DNA of 64,000 bases, from contig OZ176051.1 in NCBI GenBank assembly GCA_964247055.1, forward strand, positions 14,198,001 through 14,262,000. Reading direction: 5' to 3'. The translations under genes were made by a program, and so were the position numbers. Of the stretch, positions 1-13,240 are shown one piece after another (position 1 is the first letter of the stretch; each line of letters starts with the position of its first letter). The notes below the pieces were generated by a model. It was not told the DNA's origin. It ran no database searches and saw nothing but the letters and a program-made list of their open reading frames with translations. The stretch comes from Paragordius varius (taxonomy: Eukaryota > Animalia > Nematomorpha).

Positions 1-682
1 GCAGGAGGCCAAGCAGACGAAGTAATATACATATTTATAGGGTGAATTTTTAGCAAATTATATGCAATTTAAAATGATTTTAAACTTATAAGGGTAAAGA
101 TTATTTTAATTTTTTTTTAATTATTTTAAAATAAATTTAGATATAAATTTTTTTATCTTTATATATGGCTTAACTCAGAATGATTTTGCAATTTAACACA
201 AAGAGCCCAATATAAACCGTTAATTCGTTGACATTTATTTGAGAAATTAACATGAGGTTTAAGAAATTGAACCTAGCGACTAAAGTATAACTATTTAAAT
301 TTGCATGGAAGCCCATCATATTGAATTATAACTAAAAAGCCATATTGTACACTTATGACTATTCTGTACTGAGACATACTCAAAAGAATGTTTCAATTTA
401 CCATTTCGTTTATATAACTTGCTTTGTAGTCAATCTTAAACTAAACGGTCTGACATACCGATAGTAAAGAATTTTAATTATATATATATGGATTGATTGA
501 CAATTTGTATAAAATAATTAAATTTAATTTACATAATTGAAAAAGTATTATAATGATCCAAAATATCGCTTTGTTTTAATTAATTTTTTTGTATTTTATA
601 CGCGTTAGTCCTCAACATCTTATTTTATATAACTTTAGCAACTGCAACGACAACAGCCACAACACCTGTAGCTCCACCCTGA
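1..682 (+). CDS. Small secreted peptide gene, copy A (5'-truncated by the window edge); exons <1-21 and 639-682
   Basis: 1-21 reads (G)RRPSRR plus 1 nt, then donor GTAATA at 22. Acceptor TTTAG ends at 638. Exon 2 completes the phase-1 codon and reads TTATTTATTPVAPP-TGA. Visible coding bases are identical to copy B (12570-12590, 13197-13240). Confidence 0.65.
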
Positions 683-1541
683 CCCAAAACTCTTCAAAGA
701 AAACCCATTTCAAACTTTTGATTATTTTTTCGTTAATAAATGTTAAATAAATTTAAATTTACGATTCGCAATATTAGCTATGTACCTAAATCATTTTGTA
801 GAGAATTTATATTAATGTATATCTGATGAAATAAGGGGTACCTTTCGAAGACAATCAAATATGAGAGGTTTATATAAATTAATAAATAAACTGGTCCCTA
901 TAATCGATAAATATCTTCAGTTTATCCAAACTTACTTAATTATGTTGTGTCCATTCTGATTTATAATCAGAATCTTAAAATTTTGTGAGTATCAATATTT
1001 TATCTTTTGGTTAAATATTAATTTAATTAACGAGATTACTGGTGTCAATAATAGGAATCGGCTGTTTAAATGACAAAAACATTTAATTATTTATTATTTA
1101 TTTTTGACAATATTTTTCTGCCAGTGTTTTGAGTGTAAAATTCTGTTGAGGACAAAAAGTTTGCTATGAAGACTATACACTTATGAATTTTTAAATGCTA
1201 AAGGCCTTGTTTTTTAGTCCTATATCATATATATTTTTTTAGTTTAAAATGGCTCTGGATATTACCCTAAAACATATTAAAGTGGTTAACATTCTTCACT
1301 GAACTAAATATTAATTAAATTTGTTCATGATGCGTTATTTAGACCATATCTTACAACCAATGTCTTTATGTAAACTGACAGTATAAAAAATAAACAGTTT
1401 AGAGCAGTGGTACTCACTAAATAGCGGATGATCGCATGTAAATCAAGCTTAAAAGTCGTTTTGCACCATTTAGTTAAAAAATTAAAATACTTTGATAATT
1501 ATTTTGATGTTAACGAATTTTTGAATTTCGTTTCGTCTCAT
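1..1541 (+). repeat. Segmental duplication, copy A (direct copy at 12570-14200)
   Basis: Colinear near-identical sequence with scattered substitutions and small indels. Copy B has about 120 extra bp near 13957-14080. Homology ends at TTCGTCTCAT (1541 / 14200). Confidence 0.97.
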
Positions 1542-3710
1542 CACAGGCCAATCTTAATCGGTTAAGCGATTAATGTATGTATTCTTGGCATACTTCATTT
1601 TTAAATATGCCGTCTCACACGTGTAAGTTGATGGAAAAACAGTTAGGAAAACTTGAGCACATATTTAATATTTTCATATTTATTTGGCACATCTTGGCAA
1701 AAACATATCTTTCTTCTCCACCATTCTCCTTGAATATAGCCTCCCAACTGGAATCATTTTTAAAATCTATGAATTCTTCAATGATGCGCCTGATCAAAAC
1801 CGAAATGCTCGAGTTGTTGGATATATCCATATGTCATGAATTTTCAACGAGTTTTAAGCATTTTTAATATTTCTTAATTCTTGAAATCTTAATTTTCTCA
1901 TCGGATAATAATGTTAAATCTTTTTTTATTAAATATATCTCCGCGTTAATATTTTCTTCATAAATCGTTTTAAATGTTGGGATATATAGGAGTGTTATTT
2001 TATAATATCTTGTTTATATTTTATTAATTTTTCTTCAAAAGCAAATATTTGATTAGCAAATTGGGTTATTATTTTGCTCCCTTGAAGATTTGTATTAAAG
2101 GTACTAAGTTCTAAAGTAATGTCGCAGATGTAGGTTAACACAACCCACCATTTGTCACTATTGATTTACTCGTCAAACTTTCTGTTATCTTTTATAAATA
2201 ACAGAATTTGTCTCAAAACAAAAATCTATTTAATACTTTGCTAAGGTATAGCCATCTCACAGCGGTCTACAAAAAAATATCATCAAACTCACTGTAGATA
2301 TCTTCCAGAAGGTTTTTGAATTTACGGCGGTTAAATTATCTGCCACGGATGTGGTAAACTATATCCACCACCGTTTTAATTACTGAATTGAGTGATTTAT
2401 CTTTTACACGCGAAACCAAGTTTTGCTGATAAATAAAGCAGTGAAAGTATAAAAGACTTTGCAAATTATATTTGTTTTTCAAAAGAGGAATAAATCCTTT
2501 GCTTATTCCAATCTAAGAGGACAGCCATCTGTGCAAATCGCAACCAATTCTTTCATAGGTATACCATTCTTATCGAAAATGCTAGTTATGTCGAGAAAAT
2601 CACTTCCTTTCGTGTTATTATTCATTGGTAAAAATTTTAAATATTCCTCGTTGATTATGTTGTCGTTGCAAAATCTCACCAATTGAGGTTATGAACTATA
2701 TCAGTTGAATCAATAGCAATACTAAAATTTTACAGTTTTTTAGAGCCAATAATGTATTGTTAAAAATATATTTAGACATATCATCAATGCTTCGAGCACA
2801 TATTAAATCAGAAAGTTGATTTTTTAATTTGCCTCATGATTTGATCTTTATAATAAATTTATCAAATAAAAAAGTGCATCCATTTATTGGACATACTTTT
2901 ATTAGTTTAGAATCAGTAAACGGTTTATTTTATCTTAAATATAGTAAATTTCTTAAGAAGCTAATGTTTAGCTGCTTATTCCTGGAAGAAAGCTATCGAC
3001 ACTATAGCTTTTACTTTCTGGTACAATTCCTTAATCTTTTTATATTTTGTTTCTTTCTTCATGTTTTGGTAATTTATGAGAATGATGGATTGTAAAATGT
3101 CTTTCAATATTGTATGTTTTTATAATTATGTTGTCCTTAAAGGCAGGTAACAAAATTTTTATTTAAAACAACAAAAAATTTTTCTTTCCATTTTTATGTC
3201 AAGAGGCGATTTTCATCGGATTATATACGTTTTAGCCCAAGATGTCATCCTTAGAATTTATGTTTAAATATTATGTAAATTTTTCAAAAAATCGGAATAT
3301 AATTTGATTTATGCTACAAAAAACCGGTCGAAATTTAGTGATGTTTTGAAATTTTATGGGAATAAAACGATGCAGGATACCAATGAAAAGAATATGTATA
3401 TGCAAGTTTGGGTGAAAGGCTTGCTTAAATACAAAAAAAGTAATGCAATAAAAATCATAGAAAAGAAAATAATGCAGAAACAGAAACAACGTGTGCCAAA
3501 ATTTTAATGTAGGTAAATTTTTAATTGGGTAAAAAATTAAAATTCAAAATTAAATTTAAAGAAATAAATTAATATTAAAATAAGCGAAAATTAGTGTATT
3601 TGTATTTTAATAATTCAGCAATAAAAATAATAATTTAAGTATTAATATGATCGTAGGGCGATCTTAAAGCACTCTTAAGGCCGCATGCGGACCGCGGGCC
3701 GGGTTTGAGA
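1405..3710 (-). mobile_element. Degenerate hAT (Buster/SPIN/GTF2IRD2-like) DNA transposon
   Basis: Minus-strand fragments with stops and frameshifts: ELVAICTDGCPS*IG...FHCFIYQQNL (about 2430-2560), WWVVLTYICDIT...NLQG (about 2080-2160), FPSTYTCETAYLKMK (hAT dimerisation motif, about 1600-1645). CAGTGGTACTC terminus at 1405. GC-rich subterminal GGCCGCATGCGGACCGCGGGCC near 3680-3700; that end is not cleanly defined. Confidence 0.85.
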
Positions 3711-4140
3711 ATGTTTTATACTGTTTCTACTGCGCTTCAAATTATATTAAAACTGGACTCACCAAAATTTTGCTATAAGTTCAATATTCAAGCAAAAAAT
3801 TCATTTTTACGGAACATTTTTTATGCCAAAATTTAGCATATATTAAAAATTTATAACAGCATTTTTGCGTTTAGTTTAAAAAACTTTTCCATTTAGACGT
3901 TGAGATTATCGTAGCCCCCGCATCTATTTTCTTAATTTTATAAAATATTGTTTTGTTATTATATACAATTTATAATATATTTCTCAAAAATATTTTTTAT
4001 AAAATGTGCGCAAATTTCGCCATTTTAAAAGTGTTAATACTTTTTATTATTATTTTTAAGGCCCAAAAATCAAAGTACCAAGCTATATATAAAATAAATA
4101 TCTAGACTGCTAATGATTCACGAAGCAAGAAGACTAATTG

Positions 4141-7140
4141 CATCATCATTTCATCATTCATTTGTATGGGGATTCGCCATTGACGGTACACCCGTTCCAC
4201 TCTTTTCTTGATTTGGCTAATTCTAGATTTAGATTAAGTGATTCGAGGTCTTTTGTGGTATGGGGTCGGCCGGATTTCGCTGATGTTCGACCTTTTCATA
4301 GTTTTAAAAATGTGGGTATTTTTCCGTCTTTCAACTTGTCCAGCCCATTGTAACCGGAGATTTCTAATGACGTTGTTGATGGGGTTGAGATTGAGTATAT
4401 GGTACGGGTTGATTCGGTATAATTGAATTAAGAAGGATTGTGTGCGAATAATATTGTTTTCAATAATTTGGATTCAGCGTTTATGAGTTTGGATTTATTT
4501 GTTTTTGACATCGGCCAGGATTCGGATCCATATGTGAGGACGGGACGGGCTGTAGTGTAAATGGCACATTTAGTTTGTAGTTTGACAAATTTATTATTAA
4601 TTTAAACGAATGGTATTTTTTCCACATTTGTAATATGCGATGTTTAATTGCATGTTGTATTCCGCCACTTGAAAGGGTTGGAAATTGAGTTGATTGTTAA
4701 ATTAATAATATTATTTAAAGATCCAAGCATTTGTTATTTTATCGTAATCATTTAGAGATTGAGACTACTACATTTTTTGTGTACCCATAGAGAACAAGAA
4801 TTACAGCGTACGGAGTTTGATTTAACTTCTTTTTACACATGCCGCATGGGTTTTTAGAGGGTAAATTATCAGACATTTATTTATTGGAGAAATTGTTTAA
4901 GTCCGTAACTTTGTAGGGTGTCATTCCCCAAACAAATTTTCGCTATGAGATCGCTTTCGGATGTCGATGTTATTACGAGGTCATCGGCGCAAAGAATTTG
5001 GTGTGGCATACCAGTTGCGATGTCTTTAGTTATTTCTTCCATAATGACATTGAAGAGGGTTGGGCTTAGTATGGATCCTTGGTGGAGTCCATTTTTTATT
5101 AAAAAACTTTACTTAGTCCAAATGGAGTTTTAATTTGGGCTCTGGTATTACGGTATAAGAGCATTATTGAGGTTACAACCATTCGTCAATGCCTTAACGC
5201 CTAAGAGCCCATGGCATAGGATCTCTTGGAATGGCATCAAAGGCTCGTTCCATGTGAAGAAAAGCGTAGTATAAAGGAGATTTTTTAATGTATGCGCTTT
5301 GAAGTTGTTTTAGCGTGAATATGGCATCTATTGTACTTTTATTTGGGTTGAACCCGCTTTGCATTTTGTTTAAATACAATTTGGGCAGGATTTTAAAGAG
5401 AATTACTTTTTCATATATTTTTATAGTGTGATCTAATAACTTTATTGGACGGTAGGATTTAGGCAGGAGGGGGTCTCCTTTTTTGTATATGGGAATGATA
5501 TGGCTGTTTTCCCTGTCCGGAGGGATTTTTTCGTCTTTTATTATATTGTTGAATAAAGTTGTCCGATATGAGTCAATAATCTGAGGGTCAGTCAGTTTAA
5601 GCATGTCGACCGTGAGTTCCGAAGGGCCAGGGAGTTTTTTATTTTCATTTTTCATAAAGCGGTATGAATATCTGATTCAGTTAGGTTTTCAGCACAGCTT
5701 TGAGTAGGTGTTGATGTGATAGGGGTAGTAATGGGATTGTTAAGGAAAATTTCTGAAAAGTAGGTATGATAGCTGTTTTTAACAATAGCTGGGTAATTGT
5801 TATTGTATTTTTTACTCTCACCGATTTTGGTGCGGATGTGTTATTATTATTATTATTAATTTTAGCCTATTTATATAGTTTTGTTTTTGGTTTTCATATC
5901 GATTTCTTTCGCATACTTTAGAGCTTCTTCATTTTTGGCTTCCCTGATTTCGACATAAACTTTTGGATTCTAGATATGATTTTCTATTAAATGGTGTCTT
6001 TTCCTTGAACCAAATTTTATGTGCCAAATTTTTCTGTTTTATATGCTCTTTCACTTTATTATTCCACCAAAATTGATATTTTTTGGATGATTGTTATTTG
6101 ATTTTTTCCTCCCACCAGACATTCAACTGTATGGATATAAGTTTTTTAAAATTTTCCCAATTAGGTCGAGATTAAAGTTTTTTTTTTCAGTTATGCGTGA
6201 TTTAATTTTAGCCGTTTTCTGCGCGTCATCTGTGAGTTTTTTATAGTTTAAACAACTTATGTCAGATCTTTTGATAATCCTGTCTTCTGGAGATTTTAGT
6301 TTTACACTTGCTATGGTTGTTTCTTAGACTATCAGTGTGATTTAACTGTAGTTCGTATATAGTTTTAACATTGGGGAAATGTTTTCTGTGATATTTCTTT
6401 GTCAAGAACAATCAATCATAGACTTGTGGTTTAAAGACTCATATGTATAATAATGATTATTCCGTTTTTTTTTAAAAAAACTGTTTATTATTGTTAAATC
6501 ACTATTTTGTAAAAAAATCGATCAAACGTGATCCGTTGTCATTTATATCGTCAGTTCCATAACCTCTGTGAATATCAGCAATTTATTGCTTCCCAAAATG
6601 GCCATTGAAATCACCCATTAAAATTTCATTAATTTAAAAAAGATTTTCACACAAGAGATCGTAAAAGCTGGTTTTATGTTGGTTAGATAATCCATTTTGT
6701 GGAGCATAAATAGAGAAAAGATTAAATATTTTATCATGAAGTAAAATTTTAATGGGGAATCGGTCATATATAGTTTATAGAAGTAATATTATCATTGTAA
6801 TCACTATATGTAAGGAATCTAACTCCAGATGTCTTATTAATATTGTTGCCGGACCAATAAAGATGATAAATGAGAATCGATGTAGACCCGTTGTTTTTCC
6901 AGTGGCATTCCTGAAGGGCACATATTGGTATAATGCGCTTTTGTAAAGTTAAAATGATTTCATAGGTTTTTCCATTTAAAGAATTAAAATTAAAAAGGAA
7001 TTTTAGTTTGGTTGCGTTGAATTTGTCATAATTAGTGTTAGAATGTTGTGACATTTGCTCCTATACATTCCAGAATGTCCTTTCTTGCGGAATAACCCTT
7101 CTGAATGTGGGGAAAGAGGCTTAGAATGGGATATTTAAGA
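4141..7140 (-). mobile_element. Near full-length degenerate RTE-clade LINE
   Basis: APE endonuclease N-terminus (ICALQECHWK...LYWSG...GV) in ORF 6764-7054. RT block in ORF 5194-5655 (PGPSEL, YRPIKLL, QSGF...STIDAIF, AFLHMERAFD). (ATG)n-like 3' tail at about 4141-4160. About 3 kb long. No TSD recognised, so the ends are approximate. Confidence 0.88.
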
Positions 7141-7339
7141 TGATACAAATAAAAGAAAATTGAGGTAAGTGGTTAATTGATTATTCATTTACCAAATTAT
7201 TTTAATTAATATTGAAAAGACTGAAAGAATACCACGGAGTACAATATTGTGGGGTTTAAAACGAAAAAAACGTTCCTAAAAGTTACATAAAAATTCAAAA
7301 ATCATGTACGGCTTTCACCATCTTAAAGTTATACACAAC

Positions 7340-8155
7340 AGTAGTGTCAGATCCATTTAAATAAACCAAGGCATCTATCAGCGGTCAGCAATCAGTCCGT
7401 TGCTATTTATATGAACGAAATTTCAAAAGAAGTGGGACAAAATGGTGGCTGGTATTTGCTTTATGCAGACGACCTAATAGTGCTGTCAGACGAGTTGCAT
7501 GAATTGAAATAATTGTTAAGCAAATGGATTGATGTGTTAAGACGATGCGGTTTAAAAGTTAGTAAAAAGAAAACGGAACTCAAAAATTTTGGTGAAAAAA
7601 ACGAGAAAAGGAATTAAAAAAGGTTGCGTTTTAAAAAGTCAGGAGTAATGCAAATATATAGGAGCGATTTTAGCAGCAGATGGTTCTTTAACGCATGATA
7701 TAAATCTAAGAATTTGAAATATTTGGAAAATTATAAAAAGATCTCAAATGTTTAGTGCGATAAAAATATTGACCTAAAAGTCAAGGGTAAGATTGCCAGC
7801 AATGATGTGCAACTTACAGACATGGGCATTAAAGAAATCAGAAGAGAGGCACTTTCAGGTTACTAAAAAGAGAATGCTTAGATTGATGTGCGGTGTAACG
7901 AGGAAAGACTAGGTGAGGAATGAATACATGAGGAAGTACGGAAATCAAACCAATAACCCAAAAGATGATGTTGAATCGTTTACTTGGTTTAGACACCTAG
8001 AAAGAAGAGATAACTACATTGGTATAAAGATTGATGATTATATTGTGAAAGTGAGGGGACGAGCGCGATCTCAAACTTGATGGATAGATACGGTTAAGAG
8101 GACATGGCAAAACTGAACCTAAAACACGAGGACGCTATAGACAGGATTCATGACC
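7340..8155 (+). mobile_element. 3' fragment of a second RTE LINE (reverse transcriptase)
   Basis: LYADDLIVL...KWIDVLRRCGLKVSKKKTE at about 7460-7580, and C-terminal DMAKLNLKHEDAIDR at about 8101-8145. Many stops. Confidence 0.85.
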
Positions 8156-8958
8156 TCTCGAAAGAGTAGTATCATATAATGTAATTATTATTATTGTTGG
8201 ATTAGATTGAATTAATTATTAAAACAGCCTTCCCCATTAAATTGAAATCCAACTTAATATAAAAAAGTTTTATTTGAAATTTTATTTATATAGCATAAAA
8301 TTTTTAAAATGTTTTCTGTTCAAATCTAATTTTCGATGTTCGATTTTGAGCCCAATCAGTTTTTTAGTGTATTTGTTGCATGTAATCGATATGCTCAAAA
8401 TAATAAATAATATAGTTTTCCAAAACCATGCTATATACTGTAATGTGCAGGTGTTGATTAAGAATTAGTTACTTAAACATGCAATTACTGATATTTAAAC
8501 AGCTGTTAACACGCTTAATTAAAATATCACATGTTCTTTTCTAAACTTGCTTAAAAAGAGCCATGTATCGGATAATGAGGGTTGAATTGATTTAACATTT
8601 TGTTTGAGCAGAGTAGGAAGTGTGCAATTTCCACTTTTACAAATGGATATTTTTTACTGCAATTAATTATTGATATAAATACCGTAAAAATCGAAAGTAT
8701 ACAGAAAAAACGCAAAATTATAAAGATAAATGAATTTAAAAATTCCATGTTATAACCTTGAATTTTTCTATGTAAATTATTGCAAAGTATGAAATTGAGA
8801 TGCATATCGGTAGCACAACCAATTACATTGCTATTTAAAACAATAATATATATGGGTTAAAGTTTAAAAAATTTACATTGGTGGTTTAAAAAATGTTGTC
8901 TTTATATTTTTTACATTTTGTGCGTATAATTTTATTTATTACTGTTTAAATTTTTAAT

Positions 8959-9648
8959 TTAAATACTCATCACGTATTCATAATCTCCGTACTCCCCTTC
9001 GTCATAAATTTCATCTTATTTTTCGGGTTCTGGTGGACTAGGGGTTGGGTTTAAATAACCACATTTTTGAAGATTGTGTCCATTTACTGGGATGACATTT
9101 AAACATTTAATGTTAGATTCTGCACTGCTGCTGAGCATATCATCGCTATCACAATATACCCTATCCGTGTTGTGTGTGGAAAGGGAAATGGAATTATTTT
9201 TACCAGAACTTTTGGGTTTTCGGATAACTTGGAAATATGGTACATATTATATATATATGATTATGGTTAATTATATTACTTATGTTTGACTTTCAATATT
9301 CGGATATAGATCGACACAGCATTCAAAAGTAATGGCTAGTTTTGCATTTTTTTAAATTTAAATATATGTTTTATACATTAAAATTTAAATATTAAAACAA
9401 AAATATAAAATTTTACTTTCTATATTCCAACACCAAATTTAAATGGGAGGCTTAATTTTCATTGGTTTTACAAGTAATAAATTTTACAATAAAAAAATAA
9501 AAAATCTTATCTCCAAAATAATTGGATTCTCGGTAATAACATCCATGCCCAGTATGATTTGACAATTAAAGGTATTGTGTCGTGCTTCAGTATAATATAA
9601 GCCAATACTGCTCAAACAAATTGAAATTAATGTTAAAGTTTGATTCAT
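8959..9648 (-). pseudogene. Candidate two-exon secreted-protein pseudogene (exons about 9648-9511 and 9227-8959)
   Basis: ATG at 9648 gives signal-like MNQTLTLISICLSSIGLYYTEA. The donor-like site reads GAG|ATAAG instead of GT. Acceptor TTTCCAAG precedes 9227. Exon 2 is an 89-codon frame with one internal TAA (9018-9016). AATAAA lies about 20 nt after the final stop. Joining the exons needs a 1-nt frameshift. Confidence 0.35.
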
Positions 9649-12469
9649 ATATTTTATTTAACATTGTATTATAACAAAATTCGGTAATTATATTTTTTTA
9701 AATAACTTTTAAGTCCATATATCACCAATAAATGGAATATGATGTTAATATAACGCTAATTAATGTCGGCCCATCTACAAAAATATAAAACAAATTTAAA
9801 TCTTTCCAGTAATAATTCTATTTTTTGTAAGCTTCTGAGAATTATTACTAAAAGGAATATTATAAGAAATAAATGCAAGATTAAATGCACAAAAAAGAGG
9901 GTTAATTTTTTTAACAAAATTTTTTTTCATGAGGCTTGTGACCAGCGAAATATGCCGCAAAAATTTTTATTTGTTCCTAGTTTTTGAAATATTGAGAAAA
10001 ATCAAAATCGAAAAAGTGAATTTTAAAGTTGATTTTAAAAATAATAAAAGTAAATATATTATGGTTTATTATCATTTTAAGAAATTATATATAAACATTC
10101 TAAAATTATATAAATAGGATTTCTATTAAATATCAGTTCAAAACATGGTGTTTTTCTCACTAAGAGACAAATAATTTTTTTACTATATTAAAATATTTTT
10201 TTCAATTATTTACTCGGTAAACTCACTATTAAAATCTTAACATTCATATTTTATTCAGTAAAAAAACTTCTATATCTAAATAAAAATAAAAAAATATTGT
10301 TTTCTATTTTTTCATTTTTTGTAATTTGGCTTATACCTGTTTAAAAATTTACTGTCTTATTTTGGAATTTCACATGAGCGAGAATTATAAAGTATATAAT
10401 CAAGTAGTGAAAAATTAATCAAATATCCGTACATATTTCAGAAATATACTAATTTTTATTAAAACAAACTTTTACAGGGATTTATAAGGATTGTTGGTTG
10501 ATATTCCACTGCTTTTAAATCCTTTTAAACATAAATTATATATTTTAATCCCACTCATGTAAGATTCCAAAATAAAACAGTATAAATATTTTAAACACCC
10601 ATAAACCAGATGACAAAAAATGAAAAAGTACAAAACAATATTTTATAGTTTTATTTTGATAAGTTTTTTGTTCTAAATAAAATGTGAATATTAAGATTTT
10701 AATAGTGAGTTTACCTAAATAATAGAAAAAAATTTTCATATATTTTCATAAAATAACTCATCTGTGTGTTAAAAATGGCCATCTTTTAAACTGAGATATT
10801 TTGAAACCCCATTTATACGATTTTAGGCTGTATATATTGAAAATATCTTCTAAAATGATAATTAACCATAATATCCCAACTATCCTTAATTTTCACTTTT
10901 TGCCCGATTTTGATTTTCTCTCAATATTTCAACTAGGTCGTATACAAATAAAAAATTTTACGGCAAATGAATACGCTGGTCATAAGCTATCTCAATTATT
11001 TTGTTAAAAAAAATTTTGCACACAGTGTAAATAATTCTTCTACAGTCTGAGAGAAGGAGCAAATTTTTTTGCATAAACTTTATCTTACCTTTTAAACCGA
11101 GCAATTAAGGGCCTAACTCTTACAGTCAACATTAGGGGTGTCCAACACAAATTTCGTGAGCTGCTTTAATATTTTTGGTTTTTTAATTTATTTTAAATTT
11201 CGGTTTATATATTTCTAAATAATCGTGAAATTTCGATTATCCACAATTATTTTTTTAGAGCACTTTTTTGCACTGAACAAAGCGTGCTGGACATGCCTGG
11301 TTAACACTATTAGCGACAAGTTCATTCTTACTCAATTTTGTATTTTATCCATATTATATGAAACTTCTCAAGCAATTTATGTAAAAACTTCTTTGAATTA
11401 CAAATATATTTAAGCTTTAGGGGCCCTGTGTGTTTTAAAAATCATAGAGGATCGACCACAGTATATAAAATGATGAGCAATTTTTGGAACTAAAATTATA
11501 TGACTAAATACCCAATAAAAAACCTAGGCTTCATTGTTTTTACATGCTTTAATAAACAGTGGGGTACATATAATCTTGCCCAAAAAGTGGAAAATTGTAA
11601 ATGCGAGTGTTCATATATCATCTTTGTTAGGTATAATATTTGATGTCAAGTTTAATTGTAATTATCCTAATCGAATTACCAGAGATACTTTAATAATTTT
11701 TTTATAAAATAAAAGTATGAGTACCTTTCGGTCTCATAACTTACATAATGACCAATCAAAAATGTTTTTTAAAAAAAGTGTGATAAATAACAAAGCAGCT
11801 TTAACCACAACAACCTATAGAGGATTTTTGGTAAAAACGGTTGTTTAAACCATTTACTCGAATATTTGAACTAAAAAAAACTCATCTATTTCGCTTTTTC
11901 CAACTAGTGTTACTACGGCTGAGAGAGTGATAAATCAAATGTATAAATTAATTATCTAATCTCATGCGCTTTTCTTTTAAAGGTGTCCTAGTTTACTTAA
12001 ATTAAACTCCTTTGTACCAGTTGGATGGTGTTTTAAAGACCAAGAGTCAAAAACAATTAAAAAATTATGATTTTCTTTTGTAAAAATTTATATTTATTGT
12101 GTATTCACAAATTTTTATCTTTATTGAAAAGCTTGATGATGCAAATTAGACATGCCTTTTTTATTATCGCGCTTGGCTATTAAAAGGATCGAAAATCAAG
12201 AGTTAAAGATACTTTTTCAACCATTTTATACGTAAATTTCAAGCAGAAAGGCAAATCTACGGTTAAACGCTATAAAAACATCAAGATTAATTTTAAGGTC
12301 GGATATATAAAATTAGACAACCAATTAATTATTTAAATTAAAAGGTCCTTGACTAATATTCATCCATGAAATATTGTATAAAATATATATTAAGTATGTC
12401 AAGGTACTCAAAAAAAACTATAAAAGAGATTTAGTAATCGGAGATTTGTACTTCATATAATTATACTAA

Positions 12470-13240
12470 ATGAATATAAAATTTTTCTCTTTAAGTTCTT
12501 ATGTTTTATTAATTTTTTTCTTAATTTTTTGTGTTCATGAAACCAATCAATATCGACATCCGAATCGTGGCAGGAGGCCAAGCAGACGAAGTAATTTACA
12601 TATTTATAGGGTGAATTTTTATGAAAACTATATGCTAAAATTTTATTAATTTTATAAAAGTTAAAGTAATTATTTTAGAGTTTTTTTTAATTATTTTAAA
12701 ATTAATTTAGATATATAATTTTTTTTATCTTTGTATATGGCTTAACTCAGAATGATTTTGCAATTTAACACAAAGAGCCCAATATAAACCGTTAATTCGT
12801 TGACATTTATTTGAGAAATTAACATGAGGTTTAAGAAATTGAACCTAGCGACTAAAGTATAACTATTTAAATTTGCATGGAAGCCCATCATATTGAATTA
12901 TAACTTAAAAGCCATATTGTACACTTATGACTATTCTGTACTGAGACATATTCAAGAATGTTTCAATTTACCATTTCGTTTATATAACTTGCTTTGTATC
13001 AACTCTTAAACTAAACGGTCTTACATACCGATAGTTAAACAGTATTATATATATGGATTGATTGACAATTTGCATATTATAAAAAAATGTAAATTTACAT
13101 AATTGAAAAAGTATTATAATGATCCAAAATATCGCTTTGTTTTAATAAATTTCTTTGTATTTTATACGCGTAAAATCTTATTTTATATAACTTTAGCAAC
13201 TGCAACGACAACAGCCACAACACCTGTAGCTCCACCCTGA
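12470..13240 (+). CDS. Small secreted peptide gene, copy B (54 aa); exons 12470-12590 and 13197-13240
   Basis: MNIKFFSLSSYVLLIFFLIFCVHETNQYRHPNRGRRPSRR | TTATTTATTPVAPP*. Hydrophobic signal-like N-terminus, GTAATT donor, TTTAG acceptor with matching phase 1, AATAAA about 50 nt after the stop. Confidence 0.7.

Noticed and set aside
635-710. Minus-strand Cys-rich reading NGFSLKSFGSGWSYRCCGCCRCSC* (also in copy B, with one synonymous difference)
   Set aside because: No start or convincing acceptor. It is the antisense of the Thr-codon-rich plus-strand exon, which has splice sites, phase match and a poly(A) signal.
7060-7140. HDV-like ribozyme at the RTE 5' end
   Set aside because: Known for some RTE elements, but I could not assemble the nested pseudoknot by eye; it needs a covariance or RNArobo-type search.
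9074-9289. Plus-strand 71-aa ORF
   Set aside because: Non-ATG start and antisense to the better-supported minus-strand exon.
12537-12614. Alternative reading MKPINIDIRIVAGGQADE of the peptide exon
   Set aside because: No signal peptide, and splicing in phase 0 gives a short featureless tail; the upstream ATG frame explains the hydrophobic stretch better.
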